From a virus (taxonomy: Duplodnaviria; Caudoviricetes), in the IMG/VR virus record IMGVR_UViG_3300037067_003476, positions 32,001-96,000 of that record: 64,000 nucleotides of DNA; one strand, written 5' to 3'. Each line of letters starts with the position of its first letter. Position 1 is the first letter of the stretch. The position numbers were made by a program, and so were the translations under genes. The notes under the pieces are model-generated. The model saw only the letters and a list, made by a program, of their open reading frames with translations, had not been told where the DNA came from and did no database searches. Below, in pieces: positions 20,018 to 29,728 of the stretch.

Positions 20018-20508
20018 CACCAATCGAAACAATTAGGGTCGGCATAGTTGATGGCAATTGGCAACGCGTTTGTGACGGATTCAGAATGTTAACAGGAGAG
20101 GATTTGAAACCATCCAATACCAGTAACGACAGAAATTTACTATTACAACTTAAACGCCAAATTGATGACATGTTAGGCTTCCAGGTTAACCATGGCCAAC
20201 AACATACAAACCATAATGATGTTGATATCGACGACATAGCACCTGTGTCTATACCCTGTGACAAGGACACGCTTTATGGGAAAGTAACACTAATGACAAG
20301 TCCAGATACAGATCCAGTCGAAGTAGAGTCGAATAGAAAGAAAAGCGTAGGAGCCGCAAAACGGAAACAACAAAATAGAAGAAATGGGAATGTTACATAT
20401 AAGGTTACTTGTAGTGTTTGTGATAAGGAGTTTGAGTCTAGTCAACAGTTATCATCTGGCATAGGCCAGCGATGCCCAGAATGCATTAGGAATACTCGCC
20501 CAGACTAA
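20014..20508 (+). CDS. hypothetical protein with C-terminal zinc ribbon
   Basis: CSVC...CPEC. Confidence 0.6.
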   Translation: MTPIETIRVGIVDGNWQRVCDGFRMLTGEDLKPSNTSNDRNLLLQLKRQIDDMLGFQVNHGQQHTNHNDVDIDDIAPVSIPCDKDTLYGKVTLMTSPDTDPVEVESNRKKSVGAAKRKQQNRRNGNVTYKVTCSVCDKEFESSQQLSSGIGQRCPECIRNTRPD

Positions 20509-20509
20509 T

Positions 20510-21946
20510 ATGAAAAAAAACGCATGCCTTAATGACATCGGAGCCGAGCGCGTTGTACTCGCTGGAATCTTATCCAACGGAGCCGACGCCCTTATCGATA
20601 TAGAAGAACTATTGTCGCCAGCAGATTTTTACGGTCCACATCACGCAAAACTTTTCACAGTTCTAAAAACACTGGTGCATGACAAGGATATCAAGGAATT
20701 CGATACGCCCACAATTGTTTCTATGTCTAGGAATATGGGGTTCGATAGCATAATTGGCAATAACAAAGACGAAGAATACATAGGAAGTCTTTTCGCTGAA
20801 AGTGTTGGCCTAGACAATGCAAGATCATTAGCATCAGTGGTTTTCAAACTAAGTGTTTGTCGTCAAGCCTATCTGTGTCTTCGGCATATTCAAAAGGATA
20901 TGGAAAAAATCACTGGCAACGAAGATATCTTATCTATTTTCTCCATGATAGAAGATCCAATCTTTGGCTTCACGGCCAAGCTGGCATCAAAGGATAATGC
21001 GTTGGTGCCCATCGGCATGGACATCAAGGATATGTTTGATGCATTATCTGATAATCCTAAAGATATAATAGGATTACCATCTGGTTTCCAACTATTTGAT
21101 CAGGCCATTGGTGGCGGATTACGTCCTGGGGGAGTAACGGTTGTTGGTGCTAGACCAAAAATTGGTAAGTCGTTTTTCTGCCTTAACGTAGCCAATAATG
21201 TTGCTAAGTATGGTATTCCGGTTTTGTACCTAGATACCGAATTGCCGCGCAAATGGCAAATGATGAGATTGGCATCACTACTAAGCAAGGTATCGTTAAA
21301 TCGTATAGAAACTGGAAAGTTCAGCGAACTGCCAGAAGAACGAGACGCTGTTTATGACACAGAAGAAGTAATAGACAATTTGCCATTAACCCACTGTTCG
21401 GTCGCTGGACAATCTATCAGAGGTATACTATCTATTGTTCGTAGGTGGTTGGCCAAAAATGTTGGTTTTACTTCGTCAGGAAAAGCAAAACCATGTGTTG
21501 TTATATACGACTATCTTAAGCTTATGGATCAGTCTGATGTAAAGAACAACCTAGCTGAATATCAGCTTCTTGGTTTCTTGCTAACGGAGATGCATAACTT
21601 TGCTCTCAAGTACGATCTTCCTATACTAGCAACAGTGCAATTAAACAGGGATGGTGGGGATAGAGAAGAAGGTAATGTCATATCCGGATCGGATAGAATA
21701 TTGTGGTTAGCTTCTAGTTTTACAATACTTAAAAAGAAGAGTCAAGAAGAACTCAATGAAGACCCGCCCTCAAACGGAGATAGAAAATTGGTCATAACAG
21801 ACACTAGATTTGGCAAGGGAATGCATCCTGGCGACTACATAAATGTTAAATCTGACTTTTCGATTGCACAAATGATTGAGGGACAGGCTTATTCCCAGAC
21901 ATTGAAAGAACAGATGCCAATGTCGTTGATGTCGGATGTAGATTGA
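20510..21946 (+). CDS. dnaB: replicative DNA helicase
   Basis: AERVVLAGIL N-domain; GARPKIGKS, DTE, IYDYLKL, VQLNR. Confidence 0.93.
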   Translation: MKKNACLNDIGAERVVLAGILSNGADALIDIEELLSPADFYGPHHAKLFTVLKTLVHDKDIKEFDTPTIVSMSRNMGFDSIIGNNKDEEYIGSLFAESVGLDNARSLASVVFKLSVCRQAYLCLRHIQKDMEKITGNEDILSIFSMIEDPIFGFTAKLASKDNALVPIGMDIKDMFDALSDNPKDIIGLPSGFQLFDQAIGGGLRPGGVTVVGARPKIGKSFFCLNVANNVAKYGIPVLYLDTELPRKWQMMRLASLLSKVSLNRIETGKFSELPEERDAVYDTEEVIDNLPLTHCSVAGQSIRGILSIVRRWLAKNVGFTSSGKAKPCVVIYDYLKLMDQSDVKNNLAEYQLLGFLLTEMHNFALKYDLPILATVQLNRDGGDREEGNVISGSDRILWLASSFTILKKKSQEELNEDPPSNGDRKLVITDTRFGKGMHPGDYINVKSDFSIAQMIEGQAYSQTLKEQMPMSLMSDVD

Positions 21947-23046
21947 TGGATATCGATTTTGTTCAAGACAGAGCGTGTGAACGAATAAGAGAAATACTTG
22001 ATGCTCTTGGTGTTGAGTATACGGAAACGAGGGATTATTTACAAGGTAAGTGCCCGATTCATAATGGAGATAACGATAGGGCGTGGTACTGGGCGTTTAC
22101 CTCTAGGCACTGGAAATGCATGACCAAACACTGCGAAGAACTTGAGCCTACTGGAAAGTCGACTAGTGTCTTTGGGCTTGTGCGCGGAATACTATATAGC
22201 AATACGAATAATAAGTACACTTTTGGTCAAGCTGTTGATTTCTGTGCCAAGGTGCTTGGATTGGATAACTCCAAAGTTGATCCAAAAACCGAGGAAGAGG
22301 TGGTCATTGACAGTGCAATACGTGCATATAGAAAAAGAGTGCAGAGCAATCCAGACAAACACAAGGTATCGTTGTCCGAAGTATTGCAGTACATGAGACC
22401 AGATACAATATACTATCCAAAGAGAGGCGTCACAAAGGATATTATCGCCAAATACCATATATCGTATTGTGACAAGCCAGATAAAAAATTCTACAATCGA
22501 GCTTATATTCCGGTTCTTGATGAGACTGGCAGATATGTAATGGGATGGACATCCCGTAGTATATGGGAAAAATGTGTGCGGTGCGGTAGATACCATGATC
22601 CAGCGATAACATGTCCAAAGGATAAAGGAAATTCCAGGTATGCGAAATGGTGTCATTCTGTCGATTTTAAGGCTGAGTCGTTAGTATACAATATATGGTA
22701 CGCAAAGCCATTCATCAAGAAAACCAGAACCGCCATTATATGCGAGGGGCCGGGAGATGTATGGGGATACGAAATGGCTGGTATTCACAATTCGATAGCC
22801 ATTTTTGGCCTTAATATGTCGCCAAAGCAAAGGCAGATATTACAGAATGCGGGTGCGCTTACATTGATATTGACACTAGACAATGACAGTAGTGCTATCG
22901 AAGCGCAGCAAAGATTGAGGTCCAATCTAGAACTATATTTCAGGGTATTCTGCATAACCCCCACAGCCAAGGATGTTGGAAGTATGGGTGTTAACGACAT
23001 ACTAAGTGAACTTAAACCACAAATAGATCAATACTTGCGAGGGTAA
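21943..23046 (+). CDS. dnaG: DnaG-like primase (Zn finger + Toprim)
   Basis: CPIH...C...C; CEGPGDV; LDND; extra CVRC..H...C insert. Confidence 0.88.
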   Translation: MMDIDFVQDRACERIREILDALGVEYTETRDYLQGKCPIHNGDNDRAWYWAFTSRHWKCMTKHCEELEPTGKSTSVFGLVRGILYSNTNNKYTFGQAVDFCAKVLGLDNSKVDPKTEEEVVIDSAIRAYRKRVQSNPDKHKVSLSEVLQYMRPDTIYYPKRGVTKDIIAKYHISYCDKPDKKFYNRAYIPVLDETGRYVMGWTSRSIWEKCVRCGRYHDPAITCPKDKGNSRYAKWCHSVDFKAESLVYNIWYAKPFIKKTRTAIICEGPGDVWGYEMAGIHNSIAIFGLNMSPKQRQILQNAGALTLILTLDNDSSAIEAQQRLRSNLELYFRVFCITPTAKDVGSMGVNDILSELKPQIDQYLRG

Positions 23047-23047
23047 T

Positions 23048-23785
23048 ATGATAGTCTGTTTCTCTGGTAAAAAACGTAGTGGTAAAAATACAGCAGCGAA
23101 TTATCTCATTGGCAAATATCTTGTTGCTACCAAGCAAATCTCTAGTTTTGTCATAAATGGTTGCGGACAACTGGTTTATCAAGTCGGAGACCAGTGCGGC
23201 ATTGTTCAAGAAGGCAAATTAGAAAATCATTGCTTCGATGGTGTGAAGCAATATAGTTTCGCAGACACGTTAAAGCGATTCTGTATCCAGTGCTTTGGTC
23301 TCACACATGAACAGTGCTATGGAACAGAGTCGCAAAAAAATAGCTTAACAAAGATTCAATGGAAAAACTTTCCAGGCTTTGACTGCAAATCATTGAGATA
23401 CGATAGCTATATGACCGCGAGAGAAGTGCTTCAGTATTTTGGAACAAACATTGTAAGGCGTATCAATCAGGATGCGTGGGTGCAGGCCACTGTAAAAACA
23501 ATCGACGATGATACACATAAAACTGGAGACGAGAGAGTGTGTTTGGCCATTATCACAGATGCTAGATTCCCAAATGAGCTAGAAGCTATAACAAATGTTG
23601 GGGGTAAAACAGTCCGTCTGTTGCGCAATGTTGCGGGACTAGATTGTCATCCATCAGAGGTGGCTCTTGATACATATCCTACGGAAAACTACTCTTTAGT
23701 TGTCGACAATTCCAATATGATTATACAGGAACAAAATGCGGCCATTGATGCGTTCTGCGACGAGGTTGTACATGAATGTATGTAA
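23048..23785 (+). CDS. deoxynucleoside monophosphate kinase
   Basis: SGKKRSGKNT, FADTLK, REVLQYFGT, ITDARFPNE, HPSE. Confidence 0.88.
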   Translation: MIVCFSGKKRSGKNTAANYLIGKYLVATKQISSFVINGCGQLVYQVGDQCGIVQEGKLENHCFDGVKQYSFADTLKRFCIQCFGLTHEQCYGTESQKNSLTKIQWKNFPGFDCKSLRYDSYMTAREVLQYFGTNIVRRINQDAWVQATVKTIDDDTHKTGDERVCLAIITDARFPNELEAITNVGGKTVRLLRNVAGLDCHPSEVALDTYPTENYSLVVDNSNMIIQEQNAAIDAFCDEVVHECM

Positions 23786-24698
23786 GCTAAGCGCCAGTGC
23801 GATAAAGTCGTACAAGTTTTGTCCGTTTCAATACTTGATGTCCTATCTACTGGAATTTGAACCCCAGTCCGGAAAAGCGGCTGTGTTAGGGAGTATAGTT
23901 CATCAAGTATTCGAATGGATTGGATTATTGGTTAAGAGGGGCAAGACGATAGATGTTGAGTGGTTGATTGATCGTGCATGGGATATGTACATAGAAAACA
24001 ACGCGCACCTTGGATTAAAGAGGGTGAATCGAAATGGTGAGTCCGCTGACTTTAGATTGTGTAGAACATCTGTCAATGCGGTTCTGTCTAGCCCCCTGTA
24101 TAATCCGTGGACATTAAACATTCTGGATGTTGAAAAAAGATTTGATATATCTATGCCGGGTATCGCATGGACGACACCATCTGGTCAATTTCGTATTACT
24201 GGCTATATAGATATGGTTCACGAAATCAATCCGGATACAGTAGAAATAGTAGATTGGAAAACAGGTAGGCGCACCGATTATGGATCTATGAAGCAAAAGG
24301 ATTTCTATGATATGATGAGTGACGCCCAGGCTCGCATTTATCACTTTGCGGCCAATCAACTATATCCAAAGTACAAAAATATTCTAGTTACATTCTATTA
24401 CATCAATGACGGAGGACCGATTACGCTACCATATTCTGTTGACGATATGATTATGACAGTTGGCGCTTTGTGGAGAATATTCAAGAAGATCCAGACCGAA
24501 GAACTCGTTACCAGAAGTGTCTCGTGGAAGTGTAGTAAATTTTGCCAGTTTGGTCGTATGAGAGTTTGTGATTCTATTTGGAAGGATTTCTCGGATCACA
24601 ACCTAGCATTTGTAGCAGATAAATACCGCAAGATGTCTCTGGAAAAACAACAAGAGTATAAGGAAGATAATAATGGGAATATACGTACCACTTCATAA
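23772..24698 (+). CDS. PD-(D/E)XK exonuclease, AddB/Cas4-like
   Basis: SAS...CP.QY, GYIDMV, IVDWKTG, Q..IY, C..FC....C. Confidence 0.85.
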   Translation: MNVCKLSASAIKSYKFCPFQYLMSYLLEFEPQSGKAAVLGSIVHQVFEWIGLLVKRGKTIDVEWLIDRAWDMYIENNAHLGLKRVNRNGESADFRLCRTSVNAVLSSPLYNPWTLNILDVEKRFDISMPGIAWTTPSGQFRITGYIDMVHEINPDTVEIVDWKTGRRTDYGSMKQKDFYDMMSDAQARIYHFAANQLYPKYKNILVTFYYINDGGPITLPYSVDDMIMTVGALWRIFKKIQTEELVTRSVSWKCSKFCQFGRMRVCDSIWKDFSDHNLAFVADKYRKMSLEKQQEYKEDNNGNIRTTS

Positions 24699-26982
24699 TC
24701 ACACACACTTTTCATTACTAGACGGATTGCCGTCTCCCAAGAGAATAATTGCCCGTGCCAAGGACTTGGGTTGTCCAGCCATAGCAATGACTGATCATGG
24801 CAACATATGTGGCATGGTGGACTTTCAAAGGGCTGGCAAGAAAAGCGGTGTAAAGTCCATAATTGGTATAGAGCTATATCTATGTAGACATGATCCATCG
24901 GTTCGCGACGAAACAAACCGACAGCATTTTCACCTTACTATTCTAGCGAAGAATCATGCTGGCGTAGAAACACTAATATCTCTTGTTAGCGAAATGAACA
25001 GACCAGACTGGTTCTATAGAAAGCCGAGGATTAATCTTGATTTTCTAAAACGATTTACGAGCGACGGAAACTTAATCTGTCTATCCGGGTGTCTAATAGG
25101 GGAGTTATCGCATTGTTTATTTAGCGACCACAAGGAAGCTTGTAAAATCAGTAATACTACAAACGACAAAAGCAAAGTAAGATTACTGTTAAAAGACAAC
25201 TGGAAGGATGTTGCCAACGAAGTCGTAGACAAATATATTGACGTGTTCGGTAAGGATAACTATTACATAGAATTGCAAGAAGAGGGTATGGCTGTACAAC
25301 AAATCGTCGTAGACTGTCTGCGAGATACTAGTAAAAACCTTGGAATACCATCGGTAGCCACATTAGACAGTCACTATGCATGCCGAGAAGATGCTGACGA
25401 CCAACGAATACTACTTTACGCACAGATGCATACAACCCAAGAAGAACAATCGCGTATCAGGGCCAGTGGCGGCGACACTATGGAATTTTTCTGCTCAGAT
25501 AAGTTTTACATATTTTCATACGACGAAATGACACAACACTACAGCCAACAAGAGATCGAAACGTCGCTAGAAATAGCGGACAAATGTGGTACCCCAAAAC
25601 TCGGCCGCGCTCCGTGTCTACCGAAATTCACGACAACCAAAGACAAAACATCTGACGAACTACTTCGGGACATGTGTATAAATGGTGCCAAACAAAAATT
25701 ATGTAACCTGGATTCCGACAAAAAACTGGAATATTGGAATAGGCTTAACACAGAACTAGATACCATCAAAGAAGCTAAGCTTGCGGACTACTTTCTAATT
25801 GTCGCAGACGTATGTAGATTTGTCGATCAGAACGATGGCCCAAGGGGAAAGGGGCGTGGCTCTGGTGCCGGGTCTATTGTGAACTACCTAATCGGTGTTA
25901 CCGATATAGACCCAATAACCTATGGCCTTTACTTTGAAAGATTCTATAACAACAGCCGTAACATACCACCACACTTTAATATTGGGGCCAAAGACTTTAT
26001 GACATGGCTATCCGACCTCGACCATATCATTACTGGCGACGAGATATCACAAGCACGAAAACAGATATCTTCTGTCGTGCATAAAAAACATCGTTCATAC
26101 GATATGGCCATGATTAAGAGCGAAGCCAAATGGATAGACGATAATAGTCCAAAGATGTGGTGTTATATAGCGAGCCGATTAGAAGATAGGGATTGTGTAA
26201 ATGACAACAATTCTCAGATCGCGTATGCGACTGGCATAACCAACGACATCAGAAGTCACCCGGTATCCACAGTAGATGCCCATATTAGTTTGCCAGATAT
26301 CGACACGGACATTGGCGTTGTATTTAGGTCTCGGGTTATCGACTATTTGAATGAAAAGTGGGGCAGTGATAAGGTGTCTCAAATTGTCACATTTGGTAGA
26401 TTACAGGGAAAGGCTGCTCTAAAAGAAGTATTTAGGGCACAGCCGAACACAGTCAAGCATCTAATGCAAGTGCGTGCAACAAAACTCGGCGAAGATCCAA
26501 GCAAGTGTATTATTAAACCGCATGATCTGTGCAACGAAATCACTAGTCATATCCCGGACGAAGCAGCCATTGCGGACGAACTTCAAGAAATGAGAGAGGA
26601 AACCGGAGATGATACATATGGAATTCTTCAGTGGGCAGTTGACAATATCGATCCCGTAAAAGAGGCATATAGGTGGTACAAACCGCTATTTGATCAGGCC
26701 ATGAGAATCGAAGGAACTAAGAAATCACAAAGCAAACATGCGGCGGGTATAGTTATCGCTGATCGACCAATCAGAGAACTTGTTCCTATGATGTATGATC
26801 CAAAAAGCAAGACGCAAATATGTGGTTTAGAAATGGGTGCAGCAGAAGCTATGGGGTGTGTGAAATTCGATTTTCTTGGAGTTACAGCGCTAGACAAAAT
26901 CTGGCATGCGATGAACCTCGTTAATGGTAAAGTGCAACAAATAGGTGGTTTCGGAGAATTTGTAGATGGTCAAATTGATTAG
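24673..26982 (+). CDS. dnaE: DNA polymerase III alpha, N-terminal chain (PHP + palm + thumb)
   Basis: LHNHTHFSLLDG, TDHGN, GRGSGAGS, FERF, PDIDTD, KHAAG, KFDFLG (all three catalytic Asp); ends shortly after KFDFLG. Confidence 0.93.
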   Translation: MGIYVPLHNHTHFSLLDGLPSPKRIIARAKDLGCPAIAMTDHGNICGMVDFQRAGKKSGVKSIIGIELYLCRHDPSVRDETNRQHFHLTILAKNHAGVETLISLVSEMNRPDWFYRKPRINLDFLKRFTSDGNLICLSGCLIGELSHCLFSDHKEACKISNTTNDKSKVRLLLKDNWKDVANEVVDKYIDVFGKDNYYIELQEEGMAVQQIVVDCLRDTSKNLGIPSVATLDSHYACREDADDQRILLYAQMHTTQEEQSRIRASGGDTMEFFCSDKFYIFSYDEMTQHYSQQEIETSLEIADKCGTPKLGRAPCLPKFTTTKDKTSDELLRDMCINGAKQKLCNLDSDKKLEYWNRLNTELDTIKEAKLADYFLIVADVCRFVDQNDGPRGKGRGSGAGSIVNYLIGVTDIDPITYGLYFERFYNNSRNIPPHFNIGAKDFMTWLSDLDHIITGDEISQARKQISSVVHKKHRSYDMAMIKSEAKWIDDNSPKMWCYIASRLEDRDCVNDNNSQIAYATGITNDIRSHPVSTVDAHISLPDIDTDIGVVFRSRVIDYLNEKWGSDKVSQIVTFGRLQGKAALKEVFRAQPNTVKHLMQVRATKLGEDPSKCIIKPHDLCNEITSHIPDEAAIADELQEMREETGDDTYGILQWAVDNIDPVKEAYRWYKPLFDQAMRIEGTKKSQSKHAAGIVIADRPIRELVPMMYDPKSKTQICGLEMGAAEAMGCVKFDFLGVTALDKIWHAMNLVNGKVQQIGGFGEFVDGQID

Positions 26983-27409
26983 AGTTAACGATATATTTGA
27001 CATTGATGCAGACGCTTATGTTAACACAGTGAATTGTGTTGGTGTAATGGGAAAGGGCGTGGCCCTTGCCTTCAAAGCTAGGTATCCAGCGTTAATGACC
27101 CAATACAAAAGATACTGTCGCAATAATATGATCATGCCAGGAGAACTAATGATTTGGAGATCTCCGGATAAAAAGTGGGTTTTTAACGTTGCAACAAAAG
27201 ACCATTGGCGTAACCCATCAAGATATACATGGGTCAGACAGGGACTAAACGAGCTATATAAGTTTTTGGTAAACATGGATATTAAGACAATTGTTATTCC
27301 ACCGCTTGGTTGTGGTTGTGGTGGCCTTGACTGGAATGAAGTGTGGCCAATGATACACAGTTCTCTTAATGACCTGGATATGGAGGTACTTGTCATTGAG
27401 CCCAACTAA
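26966..27409 (+). CDS. macrodomain ADP-ribosylhydrolase (DarG/Poa1-like)
   Basis: NTVNCVGVMGKGVALAFK, NVATKDHW, PPLGCGCGGLDW. Confidence 0.9.
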   Translation: MVKLIRVNDIFDIDADAYVNTVNCVGVMGKGVALAFKARYPALMTQYKRYCRNNMIMPGELMIWRSPDKKWVFNVATKDHWRNPSRYTWVRQGLNELYKFLVNMDIKTIVIPPLGCGCGGLDWNEVWPMIHSSLNDLDMEVLVIEPN

Positions 27410-27977
27410 AACGCAGTTACTGCTAAGCCTTTGTGAACAGATTGCTGGATGTAGGAAATGCGAATTATATCACAAAAGAACTAATTCTGTTTGTGGATAC
27501 GGAAACACAGAAGCGTCTATCATGTTTATTGGTGAGGCCCCAGGAGAACAAGAGGATAGTTGTGGTATACCATTTACTGGCAGGTGCGGAAAATACTTTA
27601 GGAAGTGTTTGCTAGATATTGGATTCGATACCACTCAGCATTTTATAACTAATGCAGTAAGATGTAGACCACCTAAAAATAGAACACCGAAGCCAAACGA
27701 AATAGAAAAGTGTCAACAATGGATACATGCCCAATTAGATATCATCCAGCCCAAAGTAATTGTTTGTGTTGGTAAGGTTGCTGCACAATCGATACTACGT
27801 ATTCCGTCTAGCCAATCATTGCAGTCTATAATGAACAGATGGCATAATCATTGGAAAACTGGGATTAAAACCAGGGCCATTTACCATCCTAGCTACATCA
27901 TGCAACACGGCCGTAAACACGAACGGGTTTTCAGGAATGATTTAATGGAGATATTGAACTATGTCCGAACCCATTAA
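27396..27977 (+). CDS. family 4 uracil-DNA glycosylase (4Fe-4S)
   Basis: CRKC.L, GEAPG..ED, NAVRCRPPKNR.P...E...C, YHPSY; TTG start after GGAGGT. Confidence 0.92.
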   Translation: MSPTKTQLLLSLCEQIAGCRKCELYHKRTNSVCGYGNTEASIMFIGEAPGEQEDSCGIPFTGRCGKYFRKCLLDIGFDTTQHFITNAVRCRPPKNRTPKPNEIEKCQQWIHAQLDIIQPKVIVCVGKVAAQSILRIPSSQSLQSIMNRWHNHWKTGIKTRAIYHPSYIMQHGRKHERVFRNDLMEILNYVRTH

Positions 27978-29700
27978 ATTCGATAGATGTAATTGTTCTA
28001 TTGAACATGGCAAGTTTGATATACGTGAAATCCCATTGGATTGTCCAGTTGTGTGGGACTTGATCAGTAGTGGATATACTACTGGTATCTTTCAACTTGA
28101 AACAAAACTTGGACAAGACTGGGCTAGGAAAGTTAGACCGAGAAGTATTGAAGAGCTGTCGGATTTAATTAGCCTGATGCGGCCAGGGCCGTTAGAGTCA
28201 AATATGGCCCAAGATTATGTTGATATCAAATTCGGAAGAAAGCCATTGGAATATCTACATCCTGTACTAAAACCAATTCTTGAATCTACATATTCAGCTT
28301 TACTATATCAGGAACAAAGTCTTAAGATCGCTGTTGAGATTGCTGGATTTTCGCTGATACAAGCTGATTCACTTAGGAAAAGCCTCGGGAAGAAAGACTC
28401 TGTTTTAATGGCGAAAGCAAAAAAGGAATTTGTGGAGGGAGCAGTTAAAAAGGGACTTGTTACAAAATCTGTAGCAGAAGAAATTTTTGGATGGATTGAA
28501 AAGGGACAACGATATATCTTCAACAAATCACACAGTATCAGCTATGCATCATTAGGATATCAGACAGCATGGCTCAAGGCGCATTTCCCACATGAGTTCT
28601 ATGCATCCTACTTGACGTATGCCAAGTTTAAGGGGGATGAAAAAGAAGAGATATACAAGCTAATACAGGATGCCAGACTGTTTGGGATAGAAACTATTTC
28701 ACCAGACATTAGGCTTGGAAACCCTGAGTTTAGATTAGTTGATGGAAAAATTGCGTATGGTCTAGCAAATATTCGCGGTGTTGGTGATGGCGCAATCAAC
28801 AGGATACTTGGGGCTGGCCAGATAGATACATGGCAAAAGTTTCTAGATGCGGTCCCTGGTCTTCATAGAAACGTCGGTGAAGCCCTAATCAAATCCGGGG
28901 CATGCGATTGCTATGGATTGTCAAGATCTCGCATGATAGCTGAATTACAAGCAGTACTTGGTACAAATGTGCGAGACGAACAAGGGGAGAGGGTGGATAT
29001 CAAGGGATTGACGGATCGGGAAAAGGATTGGTTCTTCACCAATTTTCACAAATTTGGTAGCACGGCGAGTACATTACAGGGAATGATGAATATACAGAAT
29101 ATTGTGCCGGTTGCTAGGTTGACCAAAAAACAGGTTATTGAAACTATACTAGAATTGAATGGCGATATTAAGAGAGATGATATATGTAAGATGAAACGCG
29201 CAGAACTCAATGATATGTTAAGGGAACTTGGGTATGATCCTGGTGAACAAATACGTATTTCCCCTTCTAGAAGATCGGCGATACTTGATAAGATCAAACA
29301 GCTTGATGCGGTTTTTGAAGATACCCCAAGGGTTAAGGCTGAGGCTGAAAAGTATTTTCTTGGAATATCGTTATCGTGCTCACCCGTTGATGGTATTGGG
29401 GATGATCGGGCGACCCATACATGCGTGGATGTTGCCAGGGCATTGAGTGGAGAAGAATGTAGGGTTTGCGCAATTACAGATATGGTTAAGCATACAAAAA
29501 CAAAAAAGGGAAAGAATCCTGGTTCTCCGATGTGCTTCGTGACATTATCGGACTCCACTTACTCATTAGACCATGCTGTTGTATTTCCTGATGCATATCA
29601 GAAAAACAAGGATTTGTGTACTGAAAATTTAATCGTGTTGGTAACAGGGACAAAAAGAGACGGTTCTTTTATTGTCTCTGATATGAAAAAGTTGATATAG
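27961..29700 (+). CDS. dnaE: DNA polymerase III alpha, C-terminal chain (fingers + HhH + OB)
   Basis: IPLD, GIFQLE, RPGPL, YQEQ, FNKSHS.SY, YQTAWLKAH.P, I.GVG, C-terminal OB fold. Confidence 0.93.
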   Translation: MSEPIKFDRCNCSIEHGKFDIREIPLDCPVVWDLISSGYTTGIFQLETKLGQDWARKVRPRSIEELSDLISLMRPGPLESNMAQDYVDIKFGRKPLEYLHPVLKPILESTYSALLYQEQSLKIAVEIAGFSLIQADSLRKSLGKKDSVLMAKAKKEFVEGAVKKGLVTKSVAEEIFGWIEKGQRYIFNKSHSISYASLGYQTAWLKAHFPHEFYASYLTYAKFKGDEKEEIYKLIQDARLFGIETISPDIRLGNPEFRLVDGKIAYGLANIRGVGDGAINRILGAGQIDTWQKFLDAVPGLHRNVGEALIKSGACDCYGLSRSRMIAELQAVLGTNVRDEQGERVDIKGLTDREKDWFFTNFHKFGSTASTLQGMMNIQNIVPVARLTKKQVIETILELNGDIKRDDICKMKRAELNDMLRELGYDPGEQIRISPSRRSAILDKIKQLDAVFEDTPRVKAEAEKYFLGISLSCSPVDGIGDDRATHTCVDVARALSGEECRVCAITDMVKHTKTKKGKNPGSPMCFVTLSDSTYSLDHAVVFPDAYQKNKDLCTENLIVLVTGTKRDGSFIVSDMKKLI

Positions 29701-29728
29701 GCAGCCGTAAACTATAGTATAGGAGGAT

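Noticed and set aside
13994-24698. CRISPR-Cas system suggested by two Cas4-like nucleases
   Set aside because: No repeat-spacer array or other cas genes; such nucleases are common in phage replication modules.
26900-28030. Split intein or intron joining the DnaE halves
   Set aside because: No Hint-block motifs at either end, and the gap is fully occupied by two recognisable enzyme genes.
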